NCBI RefSeq assembly: GCF_027921745.1
Contig: NC_079238.1
Coordinates: 1,550,001 to 1,614,000, forward strand
Source of the DNA: Schizosaccharomyces osmophilus
Taxonomy: Eukaryota
Direction: 5' to 3'
DNA length: 64,000 nucleotides
The notes under the pieces were generated by a model. That model did not search any database. It had not been told where the DNA came from and saw only the letters and a list, made by a program, of their open reading frames with translations. Position numbers and translations under genes: made by a program. Shown here in pieces: positions 38,411 through 49,762 of this stretch (positions within the stretch are counted from its first letter, which is position 1; every line of letters begins with the position of its first letter).

Positions 38411-41400
38411 TTATGTATCGATTTTGACTAATTCATTGGAAATAAAATCGAAAAATGCGAAAGGATCACCGGTAGTTGCATAGCGGTAAACGAAACGACT
38501 AGCCAGGTATTTTGAGAAAATAGCACGCAAGTACGCATCGGGCACTCTTTCAATTACTTGATCGATCCCAATCTTTCTCTGGAGAGTCTTGGGGATTGCT
38601 TTGGCAATAATAAATTCTCGGAATGATTTGTTGGACCATAATTTTTCATAGTTGTAGATCTCATTATCTAATTTGACAATCATTTCGGAAAGCTTACTAC
38701 TCAAGCTGGTGAAAGTAAGCTTTTGCTTTTTATGGTTCTCCCAAAGACATTCAAACTCCAAGTCGGCATTTTTCTGAATAATTTCCTTCAATTCATTTAC
38801 ATATTCTCTGTAAAATTCTGGTTCTTTTCCATCATGCACGCACATGTTCTCTATGAAAGAGGCGTCGTCAAAAGATAAAGATGCTAAAACTTCAAGAGAG
38901 CTGGATGTCACACCACCCTTATTCGCAGACGCATCACGAATTACGACAACACCCGCTTTTTCTAAAACAGTCTTGGCATCTTGAGTTACGAAAAGATTAG
39001 CACCCTCCACCAAAAATTTGATTTTAGGTTTTCCATTTTCATTTAGTAGCTGATCAACATTGTTAATGTTTATAGCTCCTGGGCGTCCACCACAGGGAAC
39101 AAAAACATCTGCTTTATAACGAAGATGAGCTGTGTTTCGGAAGGTAGTTCCATTGTTTACAACTTCGCCGTTGGGAAGTTTAACATTGTTGTCTCTGACT
39201 AGCACTTTGTACCCTTCCTTGCTAAGTTTAGATGCGTCAAAGTGATCAATCATGTTTCTTTCGTTGGCCAGGCGCAAAAGTTCTGATTTGTTCAGACCAG
39301 CAGGATCATAGAGAACACCACTTCCATCAATCACGGCAATGTAATTTTCGTTGGAAAGTTTAATTTCATTAGAACCCAAATCACCATCTGGACCGCCTGT
39401 TTGAATTTTGCTCAACTTGGTTGGGTCAAGATTCAATTTTCTGTAAATACCTTCCACGTAACGACGAACTGAAAGAGACGTCATTCCATATTTATCATGT
39501 GGAATGCCGCCCATATTAGGGCTTTTTCCTGTGAAGAAAGATTTCCACCAAGGAGCTTTACGATTACGTGCATGAATGGTGGCCCAATTTACCAATTCAG
39601 CAGTATTCTCATCAGGTCCCATAAATAATATCTCCTGTTTACCGCACTTGTCCACTATTTTCTCCTGTTCATTTGGAATCAATAAATCAATGATACTGTC
39701 AATATACTTTTGAAAAGCCAAAGCGGGTTTGTCTTGATACTTGGAATTCAAAAGAATAACACCTTTGGCACCTCCTTCCGGTATATCCTTATTCTTGAGC
39801 TTTTGTGTGTTCGCCAAATTATAGTTTTCATCAAATAGTCCACGAGCATTAAGATTGAGAGCCTCGGTATTTGCCGATTTAATTAGGCGTATTCCACCAC
39901 GAGCAACATCTCTGAAGCGTAAATGGAAACCTCTAAATTCGTTACCGACGGACATTATCATAGCATACAATGGATCTTTAAATTGTGCTTGATCCAAAAA
40001 TGAAGGGTCGAATCGGAAACTCAAAGCAACCTTTGTAGTTAGGAAAAAGTTAGTTTTTAATAAATGGGAATTAAACTTAACAAACATTTCCATGATAGTC
40101 GCATCGTCATCATTGACACATGTTTTTTGAATTGTTTCCACCAGTTTCTCGTTGGGTAATTCGACTAAAGATTGAGGGTCCAAGGATACCGATGAAACAG
40201 TCTTCGCACGATGTAGGCGTGGAGTAGATCCGGTCCCAATAGAATGTTGAAGGTAAAATTGATCGAACATCATGCGAACAAGATGAGGATATTGAACAAT
40301 TGTATCGTGAATCTTCGTACGGGTGAAAGCAAGAACTGAAAGGCGACGCTTTATGGTGTCTAGGATCTCAACATGAAGATGATTTGAATGGTCAAGGATA
40401 GCTGACAAACTTGTATATTCACTGCCAAGCTTATTCATGACGTGTTCACAAAATACACGGACACAATGAGCGTAAGCTACCTCCTGGATGGATAATTTGG
40501 AGGAAGTAAACATAGAGTCTATATCAGTATGGGGCATGCAATATAACAAAGAAGCTTCCTTTGTGATTTGACCGAAAAGCTCCTCAATAGAGGCAGAACT
40601 GGCAGTATTCTTGAAGCTGTCAGACTTAAAATTGTAGCATATAATTGTGACACCATTGCTGAATTGTTCAATATAAGTTCGAAATGAGGACAAGCCGTAG
40701 TAGCGGAGCAAATTTGAGATAGAAGGGTAAAATCTCATAATGGATCCACGACGATAACCGATGACCAAACGGATTTCAGAACGTTGTTGATGTTTAAACA
40801 CGCCAACGGCTGGACCGAACCGAGTTAATACTGTATCCATTATATTCTGATATGTTTGGATAGTATGTTCGGAGGCCTTTTCCAAAAACGTTTTGTCTGA
40901 AACGCAAGCGATTTTGGGAATTTTCTGATTGGAGGATAAGTTGTCAGAAGGGTCAACAAAATTACATTTGTTCACGAGAAAGGTAGAGATGTTTGAATTT
41001 TCAGTACTAGCACGGTCAATGTTGGCCGTAGAGGTAAATGATTCAATTCGAAAAGAGGGGGCATCATCATTTGGGTTATCCAAATAACGCTTAGAAATGG
41101 ACTGTTCTATTTCATGAGACTTATCCAGTTCCATTTGTGTAACAGGAGCACTATCCATATAAATAGCAGAGTCCTCATTTTCGTTTTTGACGTGGATGTT
41201 GAGTTCTTCTCTTGCATGAGATGCACGAGCAGCAACTTTAGCAGCGTAAATAATTTCTATGTGTTCTGCAATCAATTCCATGGGTTCCATTTGGAAGTAA
41301 TAGTCATCCAAGCATAGGTGATCATAAAAACGGTACACCTCGTCTTCAATGGACTCATCAGGGATTGATTTCCGTTCATTTCGGAGGCAGTCAATGACCT

Positions 41401-41761
41401 TGTTTTTCTGTTCTTCTTTTCCGGTAAATACATTAGGCTTATAACCAAAATATTCGGTATCTTTGTATTTCGGAAAGTTTCCTTGAGGATTCAGATCGGA
41501 TAACTTGTTTCCAGAGCTACCTTTGACACTAAATTGTCTGGAATGATAAATTGGGTTCTTTTCACCACGACATCTTAATTCAGTCGAAAACGAGGCACAT
41601 TGGAAGTTTCTTGTGCCTTTGTTCAAGAGAACATTTTTTTGAGATAGTAAAAGCGAGGAATAAATTCCTCGAGGATGCAGACAAAGATTAGCACCTGAAG
41701 TTATTCGACGAGGGAGAAACTTGGAGCCCTTTGGCGAAATTCGAAGGAATTGCGCCGCCAT
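38411..41761 (-). CDS. gdh2: NAD-specific glutamate dehydrogenase (large type)
   Basis: FRDVARGGIR; KNKDIPEGGAKG; GPDENTA; TGGPDGDLGSNE; EGANLF; NKGGVTSSS. Confidence 0.95.
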   Translation of the reverse strand: MAAQFLRISPKGSKFLPRRITSGANLCLHPRGIYSSLLLSQKNVLLNKGTRNFQCASFSTELRCRGEKNPIYHSRQFSVKGSSGNKLSDLNPQGNFPKYKDTEYFGYKPNVFTGKEEQKNKVIDCLRNERKSIPDESIEDEVYRFYDHLCLDDYYFQMEPMELIAEHIEIIYAAKVAARASHAREELNIHVKNENEDSAIYMDSAPVTQMELDKSHEIEQSISKRYLDNPNDDAPSFRIESFTSTANIDRASTENSNISTFLVNKCNFVDPSDNLSSNQKIPKIACVSDKTFLEKASEHTIQTYQNIMDTVLTRFGPAVGVFKHQQRSEIRLVIGYRRGSIMRFYPSISNLLRYYGLSSFRTYIEQFSNGVTIICYNFKSDSFKNTASSASIEELFGQITKEASLLYCMPHTDIDSMFTSSKLSIQEVAYAHCVRVFCEHVMNKLGSEYTSLSAILDHSNHLHVEILDTIKRRLSVLAFTRTKIHDTIVQYPHLVRMMFDQFYLQHSIGTGSTPRLHRAKTVSSVSLDPQSLVELPNEKLVETIQKTCVNDDDATIMEMFVKFNSHLLKTNFFLTTKVALSFRFDPSFLDQAQFKDPLYAMIMSVGNEFRGFHLRFRDVARGGIRLIKSANTEALNLNARGLFDENYNLANTQKLKNKDIPEGGAKGVILLNSKYQDKPALAFQKYIDSIIDLLIPNEQEKIVDKCGKQEILFMGPDENTAELVNWATIHARNRKAPWWKSFFTGKSPNMGGIPHDKYGMTSLSVRRYVEGIYRKLNLDPTKLSKIQTGGPDGDLGSNEIKLSNENYIAVIDGSGVLYDPAGLNKSELLRLANERNMIDHFDASKLSKEGYKVLVRDNNVKLPNGEVVNNGTTFRNTAHLRYKADVFVPCGGRPGAININNVDQLLNENGKPKIKFLVEGANLFVTQDAKTVLEKAGVVVIRDASANKGGVTSSSLEVLASLSFDDASFIENMCVHDGKEPEFYREYVNELKEIIQKNADLEFECLWENHKKQKLTFTSLSSKLSEMIVKLDNEIYNYEKLWSNKSFREFIIAKAIPKTLQRKIGIDQVIERVPDAYLRAIFSKYLASRFVYRYATTGDPFAFFDFISNELVKIDT

Positions 41762-43364
41762 GAATTCAATCAAAAGAGAAAAAAATTCAGTAAAGGACTT
41801 TAATAGAGGCTGTGAATAATTAAATTAGAAACTTTGGGGGAGTATATGGCGCCAGTACAACAGAACACTGCAGTTATAAATATTTAGAATTTCGTTGAAT
41901 TCATCAATTTTTTATAGGGATCACGCTTCCGTTTTCTTTTTCGAAGAGTATAAGGCTGATTGCGAACAGGTTCCAAACTGTGTACAATTTTTTTCAATGG
42001 TGACTTGTCGTAAATCTCACGTTTCAGTATATGGGATGACGTTTTAAACGAGATTGACTAGTATGAAACCAACTTTACGCTCTAACCAAGGATTTTATAT
42101 AGAACTCAATAATAAACAGAGATAAGTGGTGTTGAGTATAGAGCTTCAAAATCTCATGGGCCGAATTATCCAGAATCAGACATAACTAAAACTTTCGGTA
42201 AATAAAGCCCGTTAGGTAGGAAAGACGAAAAGAAGAAAATGCAAGTGACATATCATATAAACAAATAAACCCCCAAAAAAAAAATAAAATAAAATAAAAA
42301 ACCAGAATTTCCAACGATCAGGAAAGAAAGAAAGAAATGACAGTCTTCAGGTACACGAAAGAATCGTTTCTGGTCTTGCGGCTAGAAGATTTATTCCTAT
42401 TTTCCCATAGTCTAAAATATAAGCCAATTTTCGATAGACCAGACACGAGTTCATCTTGTACTACTTTGGATAGTGGAACGCAACTAAGGATATCCCAAAT
42501 AGCACATATAGTGGGCAAGCACGGATGGAAGACTGAACTTATATAGTTTTGATCCAACGCGTCGTCTCCGAGTTTAAGGAGATATTTATGTTTCACTGTA
42601 CAGGTTTTTTGTTTAACGGCTAAAATATAGAAACCCAAATGCAAAAAAACTCACGTTCTCTAGAGACAATTGGTTACTAAAATAGATATGAATTCAAAGT
42701 TGAAAAGTACATCAATAGAACAACGAGTGTTCCCTTAAATTCAAAGTGCTATTTCTTCCTTAAACCACGCGTGAATACCATACTCATGTTTCGAAGGTTT
42801 TTCTTCACAGTAAACAAATATATCGGTCATTATTTACTTTAGTTTATGTTATCCATCAAATTCTTCAAGATTTATATTCATCTATGCTGTTTTGATTCCA
42901 TTGACTACATTATGTACAATGATGCTGTTTGGTAAAAGGTAAGAAGAGGCTTACACACAATTAGGCATTTGACCATTCCTTGTCATAATAGATAAAGCAT
43001 TCTATCGTAGAAGATAAATTAAACAATACAGTAGCAATGAAAAGTTACCTTCTCAAGACACTTACTCATGCTCTTAAACAGTATTTCTGAAAATAATGAT
43101 TTTGTTTCTAACCGTGTACTATTTACTAACGTGACCCTTCCATTTCGGTAATAAAGAAACTAGAAAACCAGCAAGTTTGTCAAACATACAGAGAAAAGAG
43201 ATGTATTTTACAGTATTAAGTATTTATTCGTAAAAATTGTACATATGAGGATTCTTAAAATTTAGGAAACGAATCAATTCGAAAAAATTGACATCAAAAT
43301 CGGCGCTAATTTGTATGAATATGATGAATTATCGAAATAATATACATATTTTATAGTGACAGTT

Positions 43365-43483
43365 GTCTACGGCCATACCTAGGCGAAAACACCAGTTCCC
43401 GTCCGATCACTGCAGTTAAGCGTCTGAGGGCCTCGTTAGTACTATGGTTGGAGACAACATGGGAATCCGGGGTGCTGTAGGCT
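43365..43483 (+). rRNA. 5S rRNA gene, copy 2
   Basis: 119-nt 5S sequence followed by a T-run. Confidence 0.98.
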
Positions 43484-43917
43484 TCCTCTCACTTTTTTCT
43501 CCTTTTATTTGATTTCTTTCTTTTTTAACAAATCTCGCTATTAACATTTGTTTTATACCTAATAGTTGGGCTGAAATCGTAAATACAACTAGTTGCCCTT
43601 TTGGAGGACAATTAGAAAGGAGGCAAGAAATAAATAGGGTAGCCAAAACACTTGTCAAATGCACATAGTATTTAAGACTACATTGAAAAAGCGTTCATAG
43701 AATAGAGCCACAATTGTTTTACAATTCAGATTCTAGATTTCATAGCTTACATCGTTTTAATCATAGTACTACTTGATACAAACAATATTGAAATGAGTAC
43801 CTTTTAAAGTTAATAAACTTTCATTACAACGCTATTCTATATTAAAAAGTCATTATGCCCTTGTAAATTCTCATCATAGTCATATCATCATAAACTCATT
43901 AACGTTAGCCCTTTAGC

Positions 43918-44349
43918 TTAATTAATGGCGATTTGCTTCTTGGAGCGGGATTGCTCAATCTTTGGCAAAAGAATACTCAAAATGCCATTGGAAAATTGAG
44001 CTTCAATACGATCGGAATCGATCCTGCTGGGGATGGAGATAGTTCGAGAGAAGGATCCAAAGCGACGCTCGGACCATCTGTGGTTTCCTCGATCTCCCTC
44101 GCTCTTGCGCTCATTCACGGATTTACCAGAAATCGTCAATTTTCCTTCGTCGTAATGAACTTGTACGTCTTGCTTTTTGACACCAGGAAGTTCAACATCC
44201 ACTTCGACCGTATCTTTGCCTTCGTGAACATCGATGGCAGGTGACAAATCACCAACATGATTTTGGCGTTGAACGCGAGGGGAATAACTCAAAAAGTCAG
44301 AAAGACCGTCTTGAAATGGGTATAAATCGAAGAAAGGTTGAAGAGACAT
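43918..44349 (-). CDS. hsp16: Small heat-shock protein Hsp16 (alpha-crystallin domain)
   Basis: MSLQPFF; IDVHEGKD..ELPGV; WSERRFGSFSRT; NGIL..LPK. Confidence 0.92.
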   Translation of the reverse strand: MSLQPFFDLYPFQDGLSDFLSYSPRVQRQNHVGDLSPAIDVHEGKDTVEVDVELPGVKKQDVQVHYDEGKLTISGKSVNERKSEGDRGNHRWSERRFGSFSRTISIPSRIDSDRIEAQFSNGILSILLPKIEQSRSKKQIAIN

Positions 44350-44536
44350 TGTAAATAGCGCTTGTTTTCACACTTGAAAATAAACTGAAAAAATTAACTC
44401 TTGTTCTTTTTTTGTCAATGTTGTCAAATCAACCCTACTTCACTCCTTTTTTATACCTGAACTACTGAAAACAACAAACATTCTATAAACGACCTAGTAC
44501 TTTCCAGATTGTGATGACTTGCCACGATTGGGGTTC

Positions 44537-44559
44537 TTCCAGAGATTTCGAACTAGTTC
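44537..44559. promoter_or_regulatory. Step-type heat-shock element upstream of hsp16
   Basis: TTC at 44537, 44547 and 44557 (10-bp period); TATAAAA on the minus strand near 44455. Confidence 0.55.
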
Positions 44560-44929
44560 CTTTCGCTTCTTTGTTCCTCGTTCTTTGATCCTTTTTATTA
44601 GTCTTAACTATCATTATAATTTTTGCTTTTGTTTTCATGGATAATCTGCATTTTTTTGGCTTGTAGCTTGGCTTGTTTACCATGTCAAATAGGTCGTTCT
44701 TTATATCTCTAGAAACTGATCTATGATGTTAAAAATTCCTCCTTTGTGCGATGAAAAGGAACAAACATTCTCGCGTATTTCCACTTTGTTTGCAATGTTA
44801 CTTTCATTTTCATATGTCAGTTGCAAACCAGTGTGGAAAACAAGGCAGGTTGTTGTTTTTTTGTTTCAACGGTTCAATTCTTCAGCATTCAATCGAACGA
44901 TATGATCGAAAACTAAAATAGTTCAACCA

Positions 44930-45298
44930 GGTCTAATATTTCAAACCCATTGTCAAGACAACTCTCCTGAAAGGACCTATCATTGCTCTTCTCGAGACCA
45001 AGCACAAAGTTTTTCAGCATCGTCCCATCGGTTTTGCACATATCAACTTCGTTAGATTCCTCCTTGTAGGCTGCATGATGAAAGGCATATAAGTAATATC
45101 CGTAACCCCATTTTTGTAAAGTGTCTTGCAAATTTGTACAGGAGACCACTGAATCAGATCAATGGAGTGGTGCCTAACCCTCTCAGACAACTTTTCTTTT
45201 AGATTACGAGAAATACAATGGATTTCAATACAATAGAGCTCTTTTCATAGTCTTTCAACTATGGCAACAACATTTTCGTTGAAGTATGTGGTAATCAT
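44930..45298 (-). pseudogene. Fragment of a PRISE-like (progesterone 5-beta-reductase-like) SDR oxidoreductase
   Basis: Frames join as AIVERL*..IHCISRNL..VRHHSIDL..GVTDITY / AAYKEESNE..GTMLKNFVLGLE / RRVVLTMGLKY*, with one internal stop, two frameshifts and a terminal stop. Confidence 0.65.
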
Positions 45299-46437
45299 TA
45301 TATTCAATTGTTTCATTTATTGCAAACGAAAATCATACAAAAAAAAAAAAAAAAAAAAAGCGAAAACAACAACCAAGTCGAACGTTCCCTGGCTGAATAA
45401 CTTTGACCTATCTCACCTGCATTGAATCAAACTTGGGCAGAGCCAAGAGCGTACCCATTTTAGACAGACGCTTTGCGAAACCTTGGAACATAGGATGTCT
45501 GTCCATACCGAAACCTAGTTTTCCGGGAAAAAAAGAAGAACTGATATCAATATGACCGAAAAGTCCCATGATTTCACCGAATCCAAGAAGGAAATGGAGT
45601 TTTACAACTCCGACGAAATAAAAGAAAAGAAAAACAAATCAGAAACAAATTTATGCTCAGATATGAAAAGTTCAAAATTGGATGTATGACCTTGAACGGT
45701 ATGAAACATTTCCCAGGTGCGATGCAATGACTTTTCGGTTACTTCATTTGAGTTTCACTTCTACACTCGTTACTAAGACAGGGTGCGAGATGATGGCAAA
45801 TTCGTTTGGCAACGTAATAAACAAATGTGGAGTTGTTTTGTAGACATGAGCAACGCGACCGATTATATACCGAGAAAGCTCAAGAGGTTTTTTAGTAGGA
45901 ATCGAATATATTCTTTCCTCATCAAATCAAAAGTTAAATGGTCGGCTGTTAAGAAGTGACATATAGGACATCACCCACTCGGACAATTGCACATAGTACG
46001 CTTGCTTTACATCCTGTAGTAACTTGAGAAACGATAGAATGACGAGGTGAAGACGTTCGAAAGAGGAGAAAGGAAAACTTGTGACAATGGGTTTCAGTCT
46101 GTCGTTTCATAATTCTGGAAGGGACTGCAAAACGGCCATGGACTTGCTATAAATAGGACACTCTCCCCATCATCATTTGAAACCACAATCATCAGTTTGG
46201 AAATCATTAAAGTCTTAATCATTGTGTGATTCAGGTACTTTTGAAAAGATTAACAGTAACTTTTTTATTTTTACTTTGCATCATTCCCTTCACTTTTATA
46301 TCGTTCACTTTTTATAGTGTCCTTTGTAAACATTAGATTGTCTTGCCTTGTCTTATCCATCTATTCAATCATTTTTTCATTTTTTTGCCCTCATCTTTGA
46401 TTTTCCTCACTCTAAAGATTTATCTGCCTTTTCTAAG

Positions 46438-47007
46438 ATGAAGTTGTTTTCCTCCGTTTCTCTTTCTTCTGCCTTATTCTCCCTTTTAGCTTGTAGCCCA
46501 ATTTCTTCTCTTGCAGCTCCTCTAACCGACCGTTCTGATATCAAACAGAATGAAGAGTTTTCTGTAATGAGCCTCCGCTCAGGTAACGGTAACGTTCATT
46601 TCCATTCCTTTTATGTTGGTGACAACAATAACGTCTACCTCGATCCTTATGATAATGGAAATGAAGCGGCCAAATTCACTTTAGCAGATACTTATTTACT
46701 CCATGAAGGATTTTCTGCTCACCTTGGCGATAACGGTGCGTTATACTTTCAACGTAATGATGAGGGTTCCATTCTTGGATTTGATTTTGGAGAACGCATT
46801 GCTTCTGGCTATGCTCTGGAACTTCATGGACAAAGCCCTGTAGCTTGTCCTATCGAAGAAAATTCCTCTGTTTACTCTGTCTTTTTTGGTAAAGGAAATG
46901 GTAATAGCAAGTGTGTTGGCTTTACAGCCCTTGCAATTCCAAATAATCCTGTTTCTTCTTCTTCTTCTTCTTCTACTGCGGCCCCTTCCAATGCTGCTAA
47001 AATATAA
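46438..47007 (+). CDS. Secreted But2-family/PhiA-like cell-surface protein, 189 aa, apparently truncated
   Basis: Signal peptide; FSVMSLRSG; FYVGD..VYLDP; VACP..GKGNGN..CVG; Ser-rich tail; TATAAAT at about 46148. Confidence 0.65.
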   Translation: MKLFSSVSLSSALFSLLACSPISSLAAPLTDRSDIKQNEEFSVMSLRSGNGNVHFHSFYVGDNNNVYLDPYDNGNEAAKFTLADTYLLHEGFSAHLGDNGALYFQRNDEGSILGFDFGERIASGYALELHGQSPVACPIEENSSVYSVFFGKGNGNSKCVGFTALAIPNNPVSSSSSSSTAAPSNAAKI

Positions 47008-47868
47008 GATGTTCTCATCGGAAGCAAGAAAGTGAAAAAGCTATGCCAAAGATGTAAGCCAACGACGAAAAAGACTGCCAACTTTACACTTTCATATTGA
47101 AAAGAATAGTAACCATATTGAAGCTGATGGTCCCAGTGGCATTGGAAAACTCGTGCGTGCTCTAAAATCTTACATCTGCCACCAATATTCTCACTTTTTG
47201 GGCAAATTGCCCTGGCCGCGAAGCTGGAATCGGTCACTTTAACTGCTCTTCCAATATTTATGATTACACCACAAATATCAATCTGTTTTCCCACTTTGTT
47301 TACGTTGATATAGAGTAATATACTCTATAAAGTAATTATAATGAAATAGTTAAGAGCTTGCTCTGACACTATCGTGAAAATGGTTTTACATCTTTTCTTG
47401 GACAAACGTAATATCTAAAGTTCGTTCTACCAGCAATATGTCTGTTTAATATTGAATTAAACGTAGCTTCGCAAACGAATTCATCGCTTTCATTGCACTT
47501 CAGTTAGACTTCCAAAGCGACGGCCCATCTCAATTATTGCTTCATTTTTTCAATCCATGTTGTACAAATACCTTTGAAAACATATGTTCAAAATCAATAT
47601 CTGCTTTCCCCGATGATCACTTAAAAAAAATGTGTTCGTTCGTACTCGAAAGAAAGATTTCAAAACTAAAAAATGCGCGAATGCCTAATTAGTAATAAAC
47701 GAGCCAAACTTACTAAATACGTAAATGGCGGTTATGTAAGCAAACAAAAATTTCAAACCTCACAATGATATAAATACCATTTTAATGTATTTAACAAACA
47801 ACAAAGCTACACAATCAAAGAAAATACCCATCGTAGGATATTTAAACTGATAAGTGGACTGTTATAAG

Positions 47869-48909
47869 ATGCCATTGCAATACATAGTTAGCGACACTAA
47901 GAGTGGCTTTGATCAACTCAAGATCGAAGACACCAAGGAAGTTCAATCCCTTAAGCCTAATGAGGTTCAGGTAAATCTCAAGGCAGCTTCTCTCAACTAC
48001 AGAGATTTGATTATTACGAAGGGCATGTATCCTCTTCATTTGAATCTTCCGATAGTTCCCGGCTCTGATGGTGTCGGTGTTGTTGAAAAGGTCGGTAGTG
48101 ATGTGGATGAATATAAGCCTGGCGACAAAGTGGTTTGCAATTTCTTCGCTGATTACGTTGACGGAAAACCAACCCAGCACGGCTATGGTAGTGCCTTGGG
48201 TGGTACTGTAAACGGTGCTTTCCGCAAAGTTGGTTTCTTCCCTGCTCATGCCCTGAATCATGCACCTAGGAACTTAAGCTTCGAAGAGACATCCACTTTG
48301 CCTTGTGCTGCCGTGACTGCATGGAATGCCTTGTTTGGTAGCGAGGATAAATTGAAACCGGGTCAAAATGTCTTGATCCAGGGTACTGGTGGTGTTTCCA
48401 TCTTTGCTCTCCAATTCGCCGCTGCTGCTGGTGCTCGTACCACAGTACTTTCTTCTTCCGATGAGAAACTGAAAATTGCCAAGAATTTGGGTGCTACTAA
48501 CTTGATCAATTACAAGACGAACCCCGAATGGGCCAAACCTGCTTTGGAAGCTACCGACAATGTTGGTTATCATCATGTCGTCGAAGTCGGCGGTGAAAAA
48601 ACATTGGGTCAATCTTTGGATGTCTTGGTTTTAGGCGGAGTCATCAGCTCTATTGGTTTCCTTGCTCAAGAAGGTGCCAGCCTTAACGTCACCTCATTGA
48701 TTGGCAAAATTCTCAACAAGAATGCCATCATTCGTGGTATCTTTGTTGGACATGTCCACATGTTTGCAGACATGATTGCTTGTATTGAGGCAAACGATAT
48801 TCACCCTCTCGTTGACAAGGTATTTCCCTTTGAACAGCTGAGGGAAGCTTATGACTACCTATGGAGTCAAAAGCACGTTGGTAAGGTTGTTCTCAAGATT
48901 GATTCTTAA
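47869..48909 (+). CDS. adh8: MDR-family alcohol dehydrogenase/quinone-reductase-like protein (Adh8-like)
   Basis: AASLNYRD; PGSDG; TLPCAAVTAWNAL; QGTGGVS; HVGKVVL. Confidence 0.85.
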   Translation: MPLQYIVSDTKSGFDQLKIEDTKEVQSLKPNEVQVNLKAASLNYRDLIITKGMYPLHLNLPIVPGSDGVGVVEKVGSDVDEYKPGDKVVCNFFADYVDGKPTQHGYGSALGGTVNGAFRKVGFFPAHALNHAPRNLSFEETSTLPCAAVTAWNALFGSEDKLKPGQNVLIQGTGGVSIFALQFAAAAGARTTVLSSSDEKLKIAKNLGATNLINYKTNPEWAKPALEATDNVGYHHVVEVGGEKTLGQSLDVLVLGGVISSIGFLAQEGASLNVTSLIGKILNKNAIIRGIFVGHVHMFADMIACIEANDIHPLVDKVFPFEQLREAYDYLWSQKHVGKVVLKIDS

Positions 48910-49643
48910 ATATAAGTGAAGTGAGGCAAAGACGATAAGCAGCTTTTCACTTAAGACTAGCTATGAAGCAGAGTAGTAACCTTTCCTGAATAAGCGACCA
49001 TTTACGATTATATAAGCTGTTGAAGGGATTTGTCACAGGTTGGATCTCACTTGTTATAAGTTAGTGTCATTGTCATGAATGGTATACGATATTACTTATA
49101 TTTTGATACAATAAACGTATTGTATTATCAAATGCGTTATTACATAAAGTAAATGTTCATTTTTGCGATAGAAAACTTTAAAAATTCTAGAATAAAGGTT
49201 GAAAAGAAGCTTACGAATTCTAGAAAGATATATGTGTATACCTCTAGTTGAAAGCTCAAATCTCCAGATTGGAAAATTCGACAGGTGTAGCTTCATGAAT
49301 ACAATTATCGTTTACTTAGGGAGTCAAGTCGACGCACTATGAGATAATATTAGTGGATCCAAATATATTTAGAATACAAGGTTTTTTCAACCCATAAACT
49401 CATACGCTAATGATATATTTAGCGGCGTAGAAACAAAGCTGTGACAGCCTAGTAGGATGTGAATTCATACAAAAGACGAACAACATTTTGTTTTCAAATC
49501 TTATAATATGAAATTGTTCACGATTCAACCGCGACAAAATACCACAGATAGAGCTGAGTAGGGATGGATCTTACAAGACATCAAGTCAAATAAAATACTG
49601 GACGAGTACGTCAACTTTAGTAGTCAGATAGACAACTGGAGGC

Positions 49644-49762
49644 GTCTACGGCCACACCTAGGCGAAAACACCAGTTCCCGTCCGATCACTGCAGTTAAGC
49701 GTCTGAGGGCCTCGTTAGTACTATGGTTGGAGACAACATGGGAATCCGGGGTGCTGTAGGCT
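49644..49762 (+). rRNA. 5S rRNA gene, copy 3 (T12C variant)
   Basis: 118 of 119 nt identical to copies 1 and 2; T7 terminator. Confidence 0.97.

Noticed and set aside
42318..42644. 108-aa minus-strand ORF upstream of gdh2
   Set aside because: Non-ATG start, no recognisable motif or splice partner; I cannot support it as a gene or pseudogene.
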